From positions 554,052 to 618,051 of the forward strand of contig NZ_JBDWLT010000008.1 in assembly GCF_039973015.1 (NCBI RefSeq): DNA of 64,000 bases, in the 5' to 3' direction. Shown here piece by piece: positions 1-9,577 of the stretch. The notes under the pieces were generated by a model. The model had not been told where the DNA came from, did not search any database, and saw only the letters and a program-made list of their open reading frames with translations. A program made the position numbers and the translations under genes. The first letter of the stretch is position 1; every line of letters begins with the position of its first letter. The stretch comes from Parvibaculum sp. (GTDB lineage: Bacteria; Pseudomonadota; Alphaproteobacteria; Parvibaculales; Parvibaculaceae).

Positions 1-234
1 TACCCTCTTGTTTCGGTCTCGGACCTTGCGGCCGTTGTCGGTCGCCGCTTCGCCGACCAGTACAATACCGACGGCAGCCTCGTCATGTTCGATGCCCCAT
101 TCGACCTGCCGGACATAGGTGGCCACGTTGCATGGTCGCTCGACGCGGAAAACGACGAAGGGCACCGCTGGGTCCGCGAGCGTGTCGTGGAAATCCTGGC
201 CAGCGCTTTCAAGTTGAGCCGTCCGACACGCTGA
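1..234 (+). CDS. LysR-type regulator, C-terminal fragment (5' end outside window)
   Basis: Frame 1 is open from the window edge to TGA at 232-234. Translation ends ...FDLPDIGGHVAWSLDAENDEGHRWVRERVVEILASAFKLSRPTR, typical of a LysR effector-domain C-terminus. Absent from the ORF track because no start lies in the window. Confidence 0.45.
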   Translation, partial: YPLVSVSDLAAVVGRRFADQYNTDGSLVMFDAPFDLPDIGGHVAWSLDAENDEGHRWVRERVVEILASAFKLSRPTR

Positions 235-348
235 AAGTACAGGCGGGGACAAAATCCCCGCGCCTGCGGCCAGGGATGTTCCGGCCGGGAAAACGGTTCG
301 GGAAATGCCCGCCCCGATGCCCTTCTACTATAATTGAAACATCGGATT

Positions 349-418
349 TTATCCCCGGCCCGGAACTCGATGACGGTCTTGTGACGTTTCGATGACGGTC
401 GGACGGGGTTATCCCCGG
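349..418 (-). repeat. Composite intergenic element, copy A (reverse orientation)
   Basis: TTATCCCCGG at 349-358 and 409-418. Three TGACG units start at 371, 382 and 393 (11-bp phasing). Confidence 0.75.
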
Positions 419-444
419 AAGGCGGCTTCAGCGAAGAAGGGGAA

Positions 445-520
445 TGGTGCCCAGGGGCGGGATCGAACCACCGACACTGCGATTTTCAGTCGCATGCTCT
501 ACCAACTGAGCTACCTGGGC
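445..520 (-). tRNA. tRNA-Phe (anticodon GAA)
   Basis: Reverse strand reads GCCCAGGTAGCTCAGTTGGTAGAGCATGCGACTGAAAATCGCAGTGTCGGTGGTTCGATCCCGCCCCTGGGCACCA. It has a cloverleaf, anticodon loop CTGAAAA and an encoded CCA, and closely resembles E. coli tRNA-Phe. Confidence 0.95.
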
Positions 521-640
521 GGAAGCTCCGAAGCGGCGGGAATCCGCAGCGCTTCGGCGAGGTCCGCGGTTTATAAGAGATAGAGTCCGGCCTGTCCAGA
601 GGCTCCCGTCCCCTTCGCAAAGATCAATCGCTACAGGGAG

Positions 641-871
641 TTAACGCTCGCCGTCTTCGTCTGCGGGACGCGTTTGTGACGCCTCGTCCCACTCGTCCGG
701 CGGTTCGATGGCAGGGATTGCATAAGTGCCCTTCAGCCAGCGGTTCAGGTCCACATCCGCGCAATGCTTGGAGCAGAAGGGATGAAACCCCGAGGCCGAG
801 CGTGCACCGCAAATCGGGCATGGGCGCGGCGCCCTCAGTTTCACGACCTTGCCGTCGTCCTCGCTTGCCAA
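641..871 (-). CDS. yacG: DNA gyrase inhibitor YacG (zinc-finger protein)
   Basis: 76 aa containing CPICG...FHPFCSKHCADVDLNRWL, the YacG zinc-ribbon signature. Confidence 0.85.
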   Translation of the reverse strand: MASEDDGKVVKLRAPRPCPICGARSASGFHPFCSKHCADVDLNRWLKGTYAIPAIEPPDEWDEASQTRPADEDGER

Positions 872-889
872 GATGGCCTCCTCACACGC

Positions 890-2410
890 CTATTGAACAA
901 CGCCGACATCGATGCGCTCACGTGAAAAAGCAGGCTCTCCCACGATTTTTACATCAGATGCAACGCGCCTCAGCAATCTTTCAACGAGATAGGGATTGCC
1001 GCGCTCCAGCCAATCGACGACTTCCGCCGATGCACGCGCGACAAGCGGGCGGCCAGGACTTGCCTGCGCCTCGCGCGCGATCTTGCGCAGGAGGTCGTTC
1101 GCAACCGTCGCGCACGTCTTGCGGCGCGGTCGGCCATTCGCATAGGCCGGTTCGGTAAGCAGCTTGTCGAGCGGTTCGCGCACACGTTTGCGCGTCATCT
1201 CCACGAGGCCGAATTCCGACATGGCGGAAATCTGCGTCGGCACACGGTCCTTTGCAAAACCTTCGTTGAGCGCGTCGATGACCTTCTGGATGTTGGCCGG
1301 ATCGTTCAGATGAATGAAGTCAATCACGATGAGCCCGCCCGTTCCGCGCAGGCGGAGCTGGTAGACGATCTCCTCCACCGCTTCGAGATTGATCTTGGCA
1401 CTCGTCTCTTCAAGACCCGTCGCGGCGGTATAGCGGCCGGAGTTCACATCGATCGCCGTCAGCGCTTCCGTCGTTTCGATGGTGATCCAGCCACCGGAAG
1501 GAAGCTCAGCGCGCGGCTCCAGAGCCGCTTCTATTTCGCCATCGATATCGTAAAGCGCGAAGAGGTCGCCGGGCCCATTGAACAATTGCACACGGTCGAG
1601 CATTTCCGGCATGGCGCGACGGCAATAGCGCTGGGCTTCGCCAAAGGCATCCGCGCAGTCAATCAGCACACGCGCCGTGTCGGCGCTTACACAATCGCGC
1701 AGGGTCTTCGAGACAGGGTCGAGATCGTGAAAAACGACACAAGGCGGGTTGGACTTGCGCTCCGTTTCACGCACTTTGCGCCATTCTTCCGCAAGCTGGC
1801 GCGCATCGGCGGCAATGTCTTCCGCCGTCGCGCCAATTGCCGCCGTGCGAACAATGAAGCCAGCCGGTTCGCCGGTCACACCCATCGGATTGAAGCGTTC
1901 GACCATTTCCTCGACAAGGGCGGTCAGTCTTTCGCGCTCCGCTTCATCCTCGATGCGGCGCGACAGGGCGACGCCGGACTGATTGGGAACGAGAACAAGA
2001 AGGCGGCCCGGAATTGTGACATTCGCGGAGAGGCGCGCGCCCTTGTCACTGATCGGATCCTTTACCGCCTGCACAAGAATCGCTTGCCCTTCCTGCACGC
2101 AGGCGCTGATCGGCGGCAATACGCCCTCATCGAGGCCGGTAAGTTCGCAAAGGCAGCGCGCCTCGCGCGCGCCGAGAAAACCGGCGCGTTCCAGACCGAC
2201 TTCCACAAAGGCCGCCTGCATACCGGGCAACACACGCTGCACACGGCCAAGAAAAATATTGCCGATCAGCGAATGACCGGCGCGGCCCGTCTTTGCCTTG
2301 AGGTCGTCTTCCATGGTGCGCTCAAGAAAGAGCTCCACCGGACGCCCATCCTCGACGATCGCGACGCGCGTTTCGCCGGGACCGACATTGATCAAAACTT
2401 CTTCGGACAT
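890..2410 (-). CDS. rng: Ribonuclease E/G family protein (RNase G-like)
   Basis: ORF 890..2443. An S1-like N-terminus (MSEEVLINVGPGETRVAIVEDGRPVELFLER) and the catalytic-core length fit RNase G. Start moved to the ATG at 2410. Confidence 0.9.
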   Translation of the reverse strand: MSEEVLINVGPGETRVAIVEDGRPVELFLERTMEDDLKAKTGRAGHSLIGNIFLGRVQRVLPGMQAAFVEVGLERAGFLGAREARCLCELTGLDEGVLPPISACVQEGQAILVQAVKDPISDKGARLSANVTIPGRLLVLVPNQSGVALSRRIEDEAERERLTALVEEMVERFNPMGVTGEPAGFIVRTAAIGATAEDIAADARQLAEEWRKVRETERKSNPPCVVFHDLDPVSKTLRDCVSADTARVLIDCADAFGEAQRYCRRAMPEMLDRVQLFNGPGDLFALYDIDGEIEAALEPRAELPSGGWITIETTEALTAIDVNSGRYTAATGLEETSAKINLEAVEEIVYQLRLRGTGGLIVIDFIHLNDPANIQKVIDALNEGFAKDRVPTQISAMSEFGLVEMTRKRVREPLDKLLTEPAYANGRPRRKTCATVANDLLRKIAREAQASPGRPLVARASAEVVDWLERGNPYLVERLLRRVASDVKIVGEPAFSRERIDVGVVQ

Positions 2411-2531
2411 AAAAACCCTGATTTGCATCCGACGCGCCCCCACGCAGCCGGATGCCCCCTCTGCACCCTCGTACCTTCCAATCCTTGAAGGATCGATCCT
2501 AACACTGTTGTCAGCCGGGATGATAGCCGCG

Positions 2532-3113
2532 TCAGCCCTTTGAAATCACAGGATAACCCGCGCCCGACAGCAACACCGCCGTCTCAAAGAGGGGGAGGCC
2601 TACCACGGCGGAATGCGAGCCTGTCAGCGCGCGGACGAAGATCGCGGCGAGCCCCTGAACCGCATAGCCGCCCGCCTTGCCGTGCCACTCGCCGGAGGCC
2701 AGATAGAATGCAATCTCCTCCCCGGACAGGCGTTTGAAGGTGACCCGCGTTTCATTCACGCGAATGGCACTGCGATCCGGCGTCACGAGACAGACACCTG
2801 TGTAGACGCGATGCGCGCGTCCGGAGAGAAGTTTCAGGCATTCCGCGGCCTGTACTTCCGTCTCGGCCTTGGGGAGGATGCGCCGCCCGCAGGCGACAAC
2901 CGTATCCGCACCCAGCACGAAGGCGTCGCCATGCACCGACGCAATGGCCTCGGCCTTTTCGCGCGCGAGACGCTCGGCGTGGTCGCGCGGCAGTTCGTTC
3001 TTTTTCGGGGTTTCGTCTATGTCGGCTGCGACGACAAGGTCGGGCTCAATGCCGATCTGCGCAAGCAGCGCGAGCCTGCGGGGCGAAGCGCTGGCGAGAA
3101 CGAGCCGTGTCAC
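2532..3113 (-). CDS. maf: Maf-like nucleoside triphosphate pyrophosphatase
   Basis: 193 aa beginning [19 protein letters not shown], with ...GADTVV...KAGGYAVQG, the Maf family pattern. It overlaps the infA stop by 4 nt. Confidence 0.9.
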   Translation of the reverse strand: MTRLVLASASPRRLALLAQIGIEPDLVVAADIDETPKKNELPRDHAERLAREKAEAIASVHGDAFVLGADTVVACGRRILPKAETEVQAAECLKLLSGRAHRVYTGVCLVTPDRSAIRVNETRVTFKRLSGEEIAFYLASGEWHGKAGGYAVQGLAAIFVRALTGSHSAVVGLPLFETAVLLSGAGYPVISKG

Positions 3114-3328
3114 TTGAAGCGGTAGGTGATCCGCCCCTTCGTCAGATCGTAGGGCGTCATTTCCACGAGCACCTTGTCACCCGCAAGCACGCGGATGCGG
3201 TTCTTGCGCATCTTGCCGGCCGTGTGAGCAATGATCTCGTGCTCGTTCTCAAGCTTCACGCGGAACGTTGCATTGGGCAGCAGTTCCGTCACCACGCCCG
3301 GGAACTCGAGCAGTTCTTCTTTCGACAT
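3110..3328 (-). CDS. infA: Translation initiation factor IF-1
   Basis: 72 aa: [72 protein letters not shown], a near-canonical IF-1. Confidence 0.97.
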   Translation of the reverse strand: MSKEELLEFPGVVTELLPNATFRVKLENEHEIIAHTAGKMRKNRIRVLAGDKVLVEMTPYDLTKGRITYRFK

Positions 3329-3447
3329 TCACTATCCTTCGGAAATTTGGCCGAAGAATGGTCACAAAGCCTCTGAAAATCAAGAGCCCGGTCCGCTAAT
3401 TCGCACGGGGACCGGGCCCAAGATATTGATTTCCAGAGGTTTTCGGA

Positions 3448-4173
3448 TCAGTCGGCCAAAAGGTACTCAATGGTGGAGACGACACGGACGGTCTTCATGA
3501 CCTGTTCGGTCTCCTGCGCACCCGGTATGCCGTCGCGCGGCTCGATGGAGAACTGGCCCTGCCAGGCGCGCCTGATGCCGCCCAGATGGGAACCGGAATC
3601 GGCAGCGAAGGTTTCCGCGGCCTCGCGGGCACGCTGGGTCGCCTCCTCGATCATTTCCGGCTTCACATCGGCAATTCTCGTGAACAGGTAAGAGGGCCGG
3701 ACCGGACCATATTCGTTAGACAAAACAACGCCTTGCTCGATGAGCGCGCTGCTGTCGCGGTTCGCCGCCGCGACCTTGTCGACGTCGGTCGAGCGCAGCA
3801 CGAGCTGCTGAGCAATGATAAAACGCGTGTCGAACTGGCCGCTCGAATACATCTGGGCGAGACGGTCGGTGACCTGGGGCGCCTGAAGCTCGATCTCGTC
3901 TTCCGAAAAACCGTTTGATTTCAAGAAGCTACCGACAATCTCCGCGTTTCGCCTTGCCTCGGCCTGCGTGGTGGTGAGGTCATTGCCGGTCACGACAAAG
4001 CGCAGCCCCCAAAGCGCGAGGTCAGCCTTAACCTCCCGTTCCGAAAGGCCTTTTACAGATACAGAGCGATCTCCGAGACGCGATTTCACAAGTCCCTGAC
4101 CGCCGAGATAACCGCCAAGGGCGATACCGAGACCAAGGATCAGGGCGGCCGTCAAAGTGAAAATGGATTTCAT
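3448..4173 (-). CDS. SIMPL-domain (DUF541) periplasmic protein
   Basis: 241 aa with an N-terminal signal/TM segment. Overall pattern (SVSVKGLSEREVKADLA...; C-terminal ...VRVVSTIEYLL) resembles SIMPL/DUF541. Confidence 0.75.
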   Translation of the reverse strand: MKSIFTLTAALILGLGIALGGYLGGQGLVKSRLGDRSVSVKGLSEREVKADLALWGLRFVVTGNDLTTTQAEARRNAEIVGSFLKSNGFSEDEIELQAPQVTDRLAQMYSSGQFDTRFIIAQQLVLRSTDVDKVAAANRDSSALIEQGVVLSNEYGPVRPSYLFTRIADVKPEMIEEATQRAREAAETFAADSGSHLGGIRRAWQGQFSIEPRDGIPGAQETEQVMKTVRVVSTIEYLLAD

Positions 4174-4244
4174 GGTAAGGCATTCCCCCGCTTCAGATTT
4201 TCCGACTTATACCACACGGATTGCGGCGGTTTCATGGATCAAAC

Positions 4245-4331
4245 CGGGGACAACCCGCCCCCGACTGTCACACAAACGTCACGAAACCGTCACGCAAGGC
4301 CGAACCCGAGGATAACCGGTCCCGGGGATAA
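4245..4331 (+). repeat. Composite intergenic element, copy B
   Basis: CCGGGGACAA (4245-4254); CTGTCACacaaaCGTCACgaaacCGTCAC with GTCA at 4267, 4278 and 4289; CCGGGGATAA (4322-4331). An inverted TTATCCCCG lies at 4496-4504. Confidence 0.75.
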
Positions 4332-4506
4332 TTTTCGCTCGCTGCGTTTTCGGGACCGAAAATCCGGCTCTTGCCGATGCGATTCCCGGGACGGGTTTTG
4401 CTCAGACTACGCACCCGGCGCTGTTCCGGGGACAAGATCTGGCACCCTTGCCTGCATGTCCCTTCCGTACCCCCCTGGCTTGCGCCGGGACGACTTTATC
4501 CCCGTT

Positions 4507-5001
4507 TCAGCCCGTCGCGGCCCCGGCGCGACCGAAGCGGCGCTCAAGGAGCTTTGCGAGTTCATCGCGCAGCGCGCGATAGGCATCGAGACGGCGCTCG
4601 CGGTTGCCGCCGGTGGGCGCGGCGAGCGGATCGGCGACTTCCCAATATTCAACGTCAGTGGCTGAGGAGCGCGTCAGTGCTTCCACCTTCTCGCGTGCCT
4701 CCGGCGTGAGCGCGACGATAACATCGAAGCTCGTCACATCGTCGAGTTCGCCGATGCTCTTGGGCGTACGAGGCGCGTCATCGACGCCTGCTTCACGCAG
4801 AACCTCGGCGGCAAAGGGGTCGGCGTCCTCCGCAGGCGAGACGCCGGCGGAATCGATGAAGATGCGGGCGCCGTGGCTCTTCTTCAGCAGCGCCTCGGCG
4901 ATGGGCGAGCGGATCGCATTCAGGTTGCAGACGAAGAGCACCGACGCCGGAATGGCGTCTCCCCTCTTTACCTCCGCACTGCCGCCAGACATCGGACTCA
5001 T
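4507..5001 (-). CDS. Low-molecular-weight phosphotyrosine phosphatase / ArsC-like
   Basis: P-loop motif [17 protein letters not shown] (CX5RS). Confidence 0.8.
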   Translation of the reverse strand: MSPMSGGSAEVKRGDAIPASVLFVCNLNAIRSPIAEALLKKSHGARIFIDSAGVSPAEDADPFAAEVLREAGVDDAPRTPKSIGELDDVTSFDVIVALTPEAREKVEALTRSSATDVEYWEVADPLAAPTGGNRERRLDAYRALRDELAKLLERRFGRAGAATG

Positions 5002-5528
5002 CCCTTGATGTGCAGGACGCAGATGAGGGTGAAGAGACGGCGCGCCGTATCGAAGTCCATTTCGATCTTGCCCGAAAGGCGTTCCTTCAAGGTTTCGGAG
5101 CCTTCGTTGTGGAGACCGCGGCGGCCCATGTCGATCGCTTCGATCTGTGCGGGCGCGGCGGTCTTGATCGCGTCGTAATAGCTTTCGCAGATCATGAAGT
5201 AATCCTTGATGATCCTGCGGAACGGCGTGAGCGAGAGCAGCACCTTGCCATGCGCATCGCCGGATTCGAGGCGGATGTCGAAGACGAGACGGTTTTCCTC
5301 GATGGAAAGGTGAAGAATGTAAGGCCCGCCCTCGCTGCCGACCGGGGCGAAACGATTTTCCTCCAGCAGGTCGAAGATCGCGACCTTGCGCTCATGTTCG
5401 ACATCGGGGCTGCGGCGCACAACCGAGCGCTCGTCGAGAACGAGGTCGACGATACGGAAGTTCGTCCCCTCCGGGAAATCCGGGGAGGCGGATACGCTGG
5501 TTTCGTCGTCTGCCGAATGATCGGTCAT
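4998..5528 (-). CDS. UPF0262 family protein
   Basis: 176 aa with [18 protein letters not shown]...[19 protein letters not shown], typical of the alphaproteobacterial UPF0262 gene that sits next to hisD. Confidence 0.75.
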   Translation of the reverse strand: MTDHSADDETSVSASPDFPEGTNFRIVDLVLDERSVVRRSPDVEHERKVAIFDLLEENRFAPVGSEGGPYILHLSIEENRLVFDIRLESGDAHGKVLLSLTPFRRIIKDYFMICESYYDAIKTAAPAQIEAIDMGRRGLHNEGSETLKERLSGKIEMDFDTARRLFTLICVLHIKG

Positions 5529-5595
5529 GGTGGCGCAGTGTAAGCCGATTTGAAGGAAGGAAGCGAGGGAGGAGGTGCCGTGCAGCCCCCCACCC

Positions 5596-5634
5596 GAACG
5601 GCTTTGCCGTTCGACCTCCCCTCAAGGGGGAGGT
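5596..5634 (+). repeat. REP-like double hairpin (family copy 1)
   Basis: GAACGGCtttGCCGTTC followed by ACCTCCCCtcaaGGGGGAGGT. Same two-hairpin layout as 20242-20282 and 46825-46866. Confidence 0.8.
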
Positions 5635-5733
5635 GAAGAGCCGTGCGAAGCGAGACGCCGCCTCCTGCGGCTTCCAGATTGCCGGCCTCCCCAATTTCAA
5701 AGGAGGGCCCGGCAATGACATTTGTTTTTGAGA

Positions 5734-7029
5734 CTAGAGGTTGAGGCGAATCGATACCGAACGGCCATGCGCATCGAGGCCCTCGGCCTCGGCAAGCGCG
5801 AGGGCGGCGGGGCCGATGGCGCGCAGCGCCTCCGAGTCGCAGCGGACGATGGAACTGCGCTTCATGAAGTCGAGCACATTAAGCCCCGAGGAGAAGCGCG
5901 CCGAACGCGCCGTGGGCAGCACGTGATTCGAACCGGCCACATAGTCGCCAATGGCTTCCGGCGTATAGCGCCCCAGGAAAATCGCGCCTGCATTGGAAAT
6001 CCGCGCGAGGAGGCTGTCGGGGTCCGCGACCGCAAGCTCCAGATGCTCGGGCGCAAGCCGGTCGACCAGCGGACAGGCATCGGCAAGCCTTTCCACCACA
6101 ATGACGGCACCGAAATCGGCCCAGCTTTTCGTCGCGGTCGTCTCGCGCGGCAGCGCCTTCAACTGGCGCTCCACCGCTTCCTCGACGCGCCCGGCGAACG
6201 CGGCATCATCGGTAATCAGGATCGACTGCGAGCTTGCATCATGCTCGGCCTGTGAGAGGAGATCGGCTGCGATCCATTCGGGATCGTTCTCACCATCGGC
6301 AACAACGAGAATTTCGGAAGGGCCCGCGATCATGTCGATGCCGACCGTGCCGAAGACCTGGCGCTTGGCTTCCGCGACAAAGGCATTGCCGGGGCCGACA
6401 ATCTTGTCGACGGGGGCAATCGTCTTCGTGCCGAAAGCAAGAGCGGCAACGGCCTGTGCACCGCCGACCCGGTAGACCTCGTTCACGCCTGCGAGCTTTG
6501 CCGCGGCAAGCACCAGCGGGTTCACGATGCCGTCCGGCGTCGGCACCACCATGACGATGCGCTTCACGCCCGCGACCCTGGCGGGGACAGCGTTCATCAA
6601 GACCGAACTCGGGTAATTCGCCGTGCCGCCCGGCACGTAGAGGCCAACCGCGCCGATGGAGGTCCAGCGATGGCCAAGCTCCACGCCCTGCGCATCCGTG
6701 AAGCGCGCATCTTCCGGGCGCTGGCGCTCGTGATAGGCCGCGATACGCGTAGCGGCGGTCTTCAGGGCCTCAAGCGTTTTCGGATCGCAGGCATCCATTG
6801 CAGCGTCGAGATCGGCCTGCGGGATCGCAAGGGTTTCGGCAGTGAGACCATCGAGACGGTCGAAGCGGCACGTATATTCGATCAGCGCCTCGTCACCGCG
6901 CGCGCGCACATCCGCGACTATCTCTTCAACGACATCACGCACATCGACGGATGCTTCGCGCTTTCCCGCGAGGAGAGTGGCGAAGTCCTGTTCGAAGGTT
7001 GAGTCTTTCGCGTTCAGGCGAGTGGGCAT
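5734..7029 (-). CDS. hisD: Histidinol dehydrogenase
   Basis: ORF 5734..7173. Clear HisD similarity (GPGNAFVAEAKRQVFG..., SQAEHD, HVLPT). Start set to the ATG at 7029, just after the stop of the upstream gene at 7034. Confidence 0.95.
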   Translation of the reverse strand: MPTRLNAKDSTFEQDFATLLAGKREASVDVRDVVEEIVADVRARGDEALIEYTCRFDRLDGLTAETLAIPQADLDAAMDACDPKTLEALKTAATRIAAYHERQRPEDARFTDAQGVELGHRWTSIGAVGLYVPGGTANYPSSVLMNAVPARVAGVKRIVMVVPTPDGIVNPLVLAAAKLAGVNEVYRVGGAQAVAALAFGTKTIAPVDKIVGPGNAFVAEAKRQVFGTVGIDMIAGPSEILVVADGENDPEWIAADLLSQAEHDASSQSILITDDAAFAGRVEEAVERQLKALPRETTATKSWADFGAVIVVERLADACPLVDRLAPEHLELAVADPDSLLARISNAGAIFLGRYTPEAIGDYVAGSNHVLPTARSARFSSGLNVLDFMKRSSIVRCDSEALRAIGPAALALAEAEGLDAHGRSVSIRLNL

Positions 7030-7033
7030 TGGT

Positions 7034-7480
7034 TCAGTCCAGATCGTGCGCGGGCTTGTTCGGCGTTTCCCAGACGAGTCCGAGATCCGAAAGATGGGCT
7101 TCGAGGGCCTCAACCTCAAGCTGCACTTCGGCGCCGCCGGAGAAAACCATCGTGACGACGCCCGACGGCGCATTCAGCTCGTCGAAGCGAATGGCCAGAA
7201 GATTGAGCACGCCATCGGGCTTGTCCTGCGAGATGTTGCGCGCACGGGCGGAAAGAACATTCTCGAAATGAAGCCCGGCGCGAACACGCTCATGGTTCTG
7301 CTTGCGGGCCTTGCCCTCGCCTTCCCAGCGAAAGCGGTTGACCACGCAGGCGAAGCGCCGTGTTGAAGGCAGGAAAGCAAGCTCACTCACATGGGTGACT
7401 GCATCCTGCAAGGCAGCGGAAATCACTTCCAGATCGGCGGCATCCTCTGCGGCGAGGCGAAGGTCTTTCACGTCCGGCAT
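7034..7480 (-). CDS. DUF2948 family protein
   Basis: LRLAAEDAADLEVISAALQDAV...FACVVNRFRWE pattern. Conserved murA / DUF2948 / hisD neighbourhood. Start chosen at the ATG with a GGAG RBS. Confidence 0.7.
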   Translation of the reverse strand: MPDVKDLRLAAEDAADLEVISAALQDAVTHVSELAFLPSTRRFACVVNRFRWEGEGKARKQNHERVRAGLHFENVLSARARNISQDKPDGVLNLLAIRFDELNAPSGVVTMVFSGGAEVQLEVEALEAHLSDLGLVWETPNKPAHDLD

Positions 7481-7503
7481 AGCTGCTCCGGCTTTCTTTT
7501 CTG

Positions 7504-8775
7504 TCACGCCTTTTCGCGCCATATCTCGGCGCCACAGGCACTGAGTTTAGCCTCGATACGTTCGAAGCCGCGATCGAGGTGATAGACGCGATTAACGACC
7601 GTTTCTCCCTCGGCAGCGAGCCCGGCGATGATGAGGGCTGCGGAAGCGCGCAGGTCGGAGGCCATGACGGGCGCGCCCTTCAGCTTCTCGACACCGCGCA
7701 CCAGCGCCTTGTCGCCGTGAAGCGAGATATCCGCGCCGAAGCGGGCCAGTTCCTGCACATGCATGAAACGGTTTTCGAAAATGGTCTCGGTGATCTCGGA
7801 TTCGCCGTCGGCCATCGTCATCAGGGCCATGAACTGCGCCTGAAGATCGGTCGGGAAACCGGGGAAGACCTGCGTCACCACATCCGTCGCCTGAAGACGC
7901 TCGCCATTGCGCGAGATGCGCACGGCGCCCTGCTCGCTCTCGACCTCGGCACCGGCGGCACGAAGGACGGAGAGCGCGGCCTCGAATGTCTCGGGCAATG
8001 CGCCTTCAAGCACGACCTCGCCGCCCGTCATGGCGGCGGCGACGGCATAGGTGCCGGCCTCGATGCGGTCCGCAATGACGCTGTGGGTCGCACCGTGGAG
8101 CTTTTCAACGCCTTCGATGCGCAATGTCGAGGTGCCGATGCCCTCGATCTTCGCGCCCATGGCAACGAGGCAATTCGCGACATCGCAGATTTCCGGTTCG
8201 CGGGCCGCGTTTTCCAGCACGGTGACGCCATCGGCAAGCGTGGCCGCCATCATCAGCGTATGTGTGGCGCCGACGGAGACGATGGGCGAGCGGACGACCG
8301 CGCCCTTCAGTCCGTCCGGCGCGGAGGCAAGGACATAGCCTTCCACGAGGTCGATCTCGGCGCCCATCTTCTGCAGACCCTTTATATAAAGGTCGACCGG
8401 GCGCGCGCCGATGGCACAGCCGCCGGGCAGCGAGACCTTGGCCTCCCGGCAGCGGCCGAGAAGAGGCCCGAGCACCCAGAAACTCGCGCGGATCTGCGAG
8501 ACGATCTCGTAAGGTGCGGTAGTCGAGGTGATGTCGGCGGCGCGAATCGTCATCACGTCGGCATCCACGCCCTCCTCCACGGACACGCTGGCGCCGAGGG
8601 CGCCGAGAAGCTTCGTCAGCGTCTTCACATCGGCCAGGCGCGGCATATTGGCGAGCTTCAGGGGCTCGTCTGTCAGCAGGGCGGCCGTCATCAGCGGGAG
8701 GGCCGCGTTTTTCGCGCCGCTCACGGGAATCCGGCCCTTGAGACGGCGGCCGCCGCGAATGTGTATCGTGTCCAT
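7504..8775 (-). CDS. murA: UDP-N-acetylglucosamine 1-carboxyvinyltransferase
   Basis: ORF 7504..8838, MurA-like throughout ([29 protein letters not shown]...). Start moved to the ATG at 8775. Confidence 0.95.
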   Translation of the reverse strand: MDTIHIRGGRRLKGRIPVSGAKNAALPLMTAALLTDEPLKLANMPRLADVKTLTKLLGALGASVSVEEGVDADVMTIRAADITSTTAPYEIVSQIRASFWVLGPLLGRCREAKVSLPGGCAIGARPVDLYIKGLQKMGAEIDLVEGYVLASAPDGLKGAVVRSPIVSVGATHTLMMAATLADGVTVLENAAREPEICDVANCLVAMGAKIEGIGTSTLRIEGVEKLHGATHSVIADRIEAGTYAVAAAMTGGEVVLEGALPETFEAALSVLRAAGAEVESEQGAVRISRNGERLQATDVVTQVFPGFPTDLQAQFMALMTMADGESEITETIFENRFMHVQELARFGADISLHGDKALVRGVEKLKGAPVMASDLRASAALIIAGLAAEGETVVNRVYHLDRGFERIEAKLSACGAEIWREKA

Positions 8776-8832
8776 GAATATGTCCCGGTTGGGGTTCAGC
8801 GGTTTATACGGGCAGAGGAACCCCAAGTCACA

Positions 8833-8871
8833 GGGCAATCGAATGAATTCGATTGCCCTTCCCTTTTTTTA
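8833..8871 (+). terminator. Intrinsic-terminator-like hairpin with T-run (plus-strand orientation) in the murA upstream region
   Basis: GGGCAATCGAATgaATTCGATTGCCC (12-bp perfect stem) followed by TTCCCTTTTTTTA. No plus-strand gene ends here. Confidence 0.4.
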
Positions 8872-9007
8872 CCCTCAAGCGCCGGGCGGGCGCATCCGCG
8901 CCCTTGGCTTTCCTCGCATAAGCTCGGGCGGCCAGTCGGCCTTGCCATTCTTGCGTAGCAAGAATGGTTGTGATCCCTCATGCCCGCAAATCCGGGCGCT
9001 TTGAGGG

Positions 9008-9181
9008 CTATTCCGCGCCTTCCTTGCGGGCGCGGGACTGCTGCTTCCGCTTCTTGAGGTTTTCGCGCAGCGTCTCGGCAAGGCGGGCTTCACGGGCCTT
9101 GGCCTCACGGGTCTGGGCGGCACGATCCTGGCCCTTGCCACCGGGGGTACGGGGATCGAAGGTGGGGCGGCTGTTCTTCAT
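9008..9181 (-). CDS. Small basic hypothetical protein (57 aa)
   Basis: ATG at 9181 to TAG at 9008-9010. Translation: MKNSRPTFDPRTPGGKGQDRAAQTREAKAREARLAETLRENLKKRKQQSRARKEGAE. Below the ORF-track length cutoff. Preferred over the overlapping 8875..9141 ORF on composition. Confidence 0.4.
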   Translation of the reverse strand: MKNSRPTFDPRTPGGKGQDRAAQTREAKAREARLAETLRENLKKRKQQSRARKEGAE

Positions 9182-9397
9182 CTCTTGCTACTCAATTCCG
9201 GGGCCCAATCCGGCCAATCCGGGGGGCCCGCATCCAGGGGAGAAAGAGGGGAAGATAGTGCGTTGCGGCATCTTGCGCGAGGGGGGTCGCTGTGGCACTT
9301 TCCGCGCGCTTCGAAAAAGAGGGACAGCGCCCCGGCGCCAACGGTCCGTTTACCATTCGAGGCGAGACTGCGAGCGGCCTTCGCGCCCCTCCGGCAC

Positions 9398-9472
<75 letters not shown>

Positions 9473-9577
9473 TTTTCCCGGAAGACCCTTTTCCTCTTCA
9501 TTTCGTTTCCGGCCCGGTCCTGGGACATGCTTCCAGCTCCTGATAGGCTTGAGCCTTCATCGGGGAAGGAGACGTTC

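Noticed and set aside
369-400. The phased GTCAY repeats as parS sites or plasmid-type iterons, with the DnaA-box-like motifs marking an oriV or oriC.
   Set aside because: GAAACGTCAC matches only a fragment of the parS palindrome TGTTTCACGTGAAACA. Three dispersed copies within 45 kb of a chromosome, with no rep/par genes or long AT-rich unwinding element, do not fit an origin. The observation is kept as an unexplained repeat family.
132-583. ORFs 132..395 and 392..583 at the left edge of the window.
   Set aside because: They overlap the LysR 3' end, the composite repeat and the tRNA-Phe gene, and their composition is non-coding-like.
1310-2488. Long antisense ORFs opposite well-supported genes. 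Examples: 1310..2488, 7579..8958, 9769..10737, 25007..26893, 28741..30546, 32014..33390, 34930..36210, 40116..41720, 43159..44643, 44815..46059, and the 5' two-thirds of 51411..53624.
   Set aside because: Each lies opposite or out of frame to a gene with clear family similarity. Their translations are Arg/Ala/Gly/Pro-rich with no motifs, the usual shadow-ORF artefact of high-GC DNA.
8875-9141. 88-aa ORF on the minus strand upstream of murA.
   Set aside because: Its translation is Pro/Arg-rich low complexity. The alternative 57-aa frame (9008..9181) has a cleaner start and a more protein-like sequence, though even that call has low confidence.
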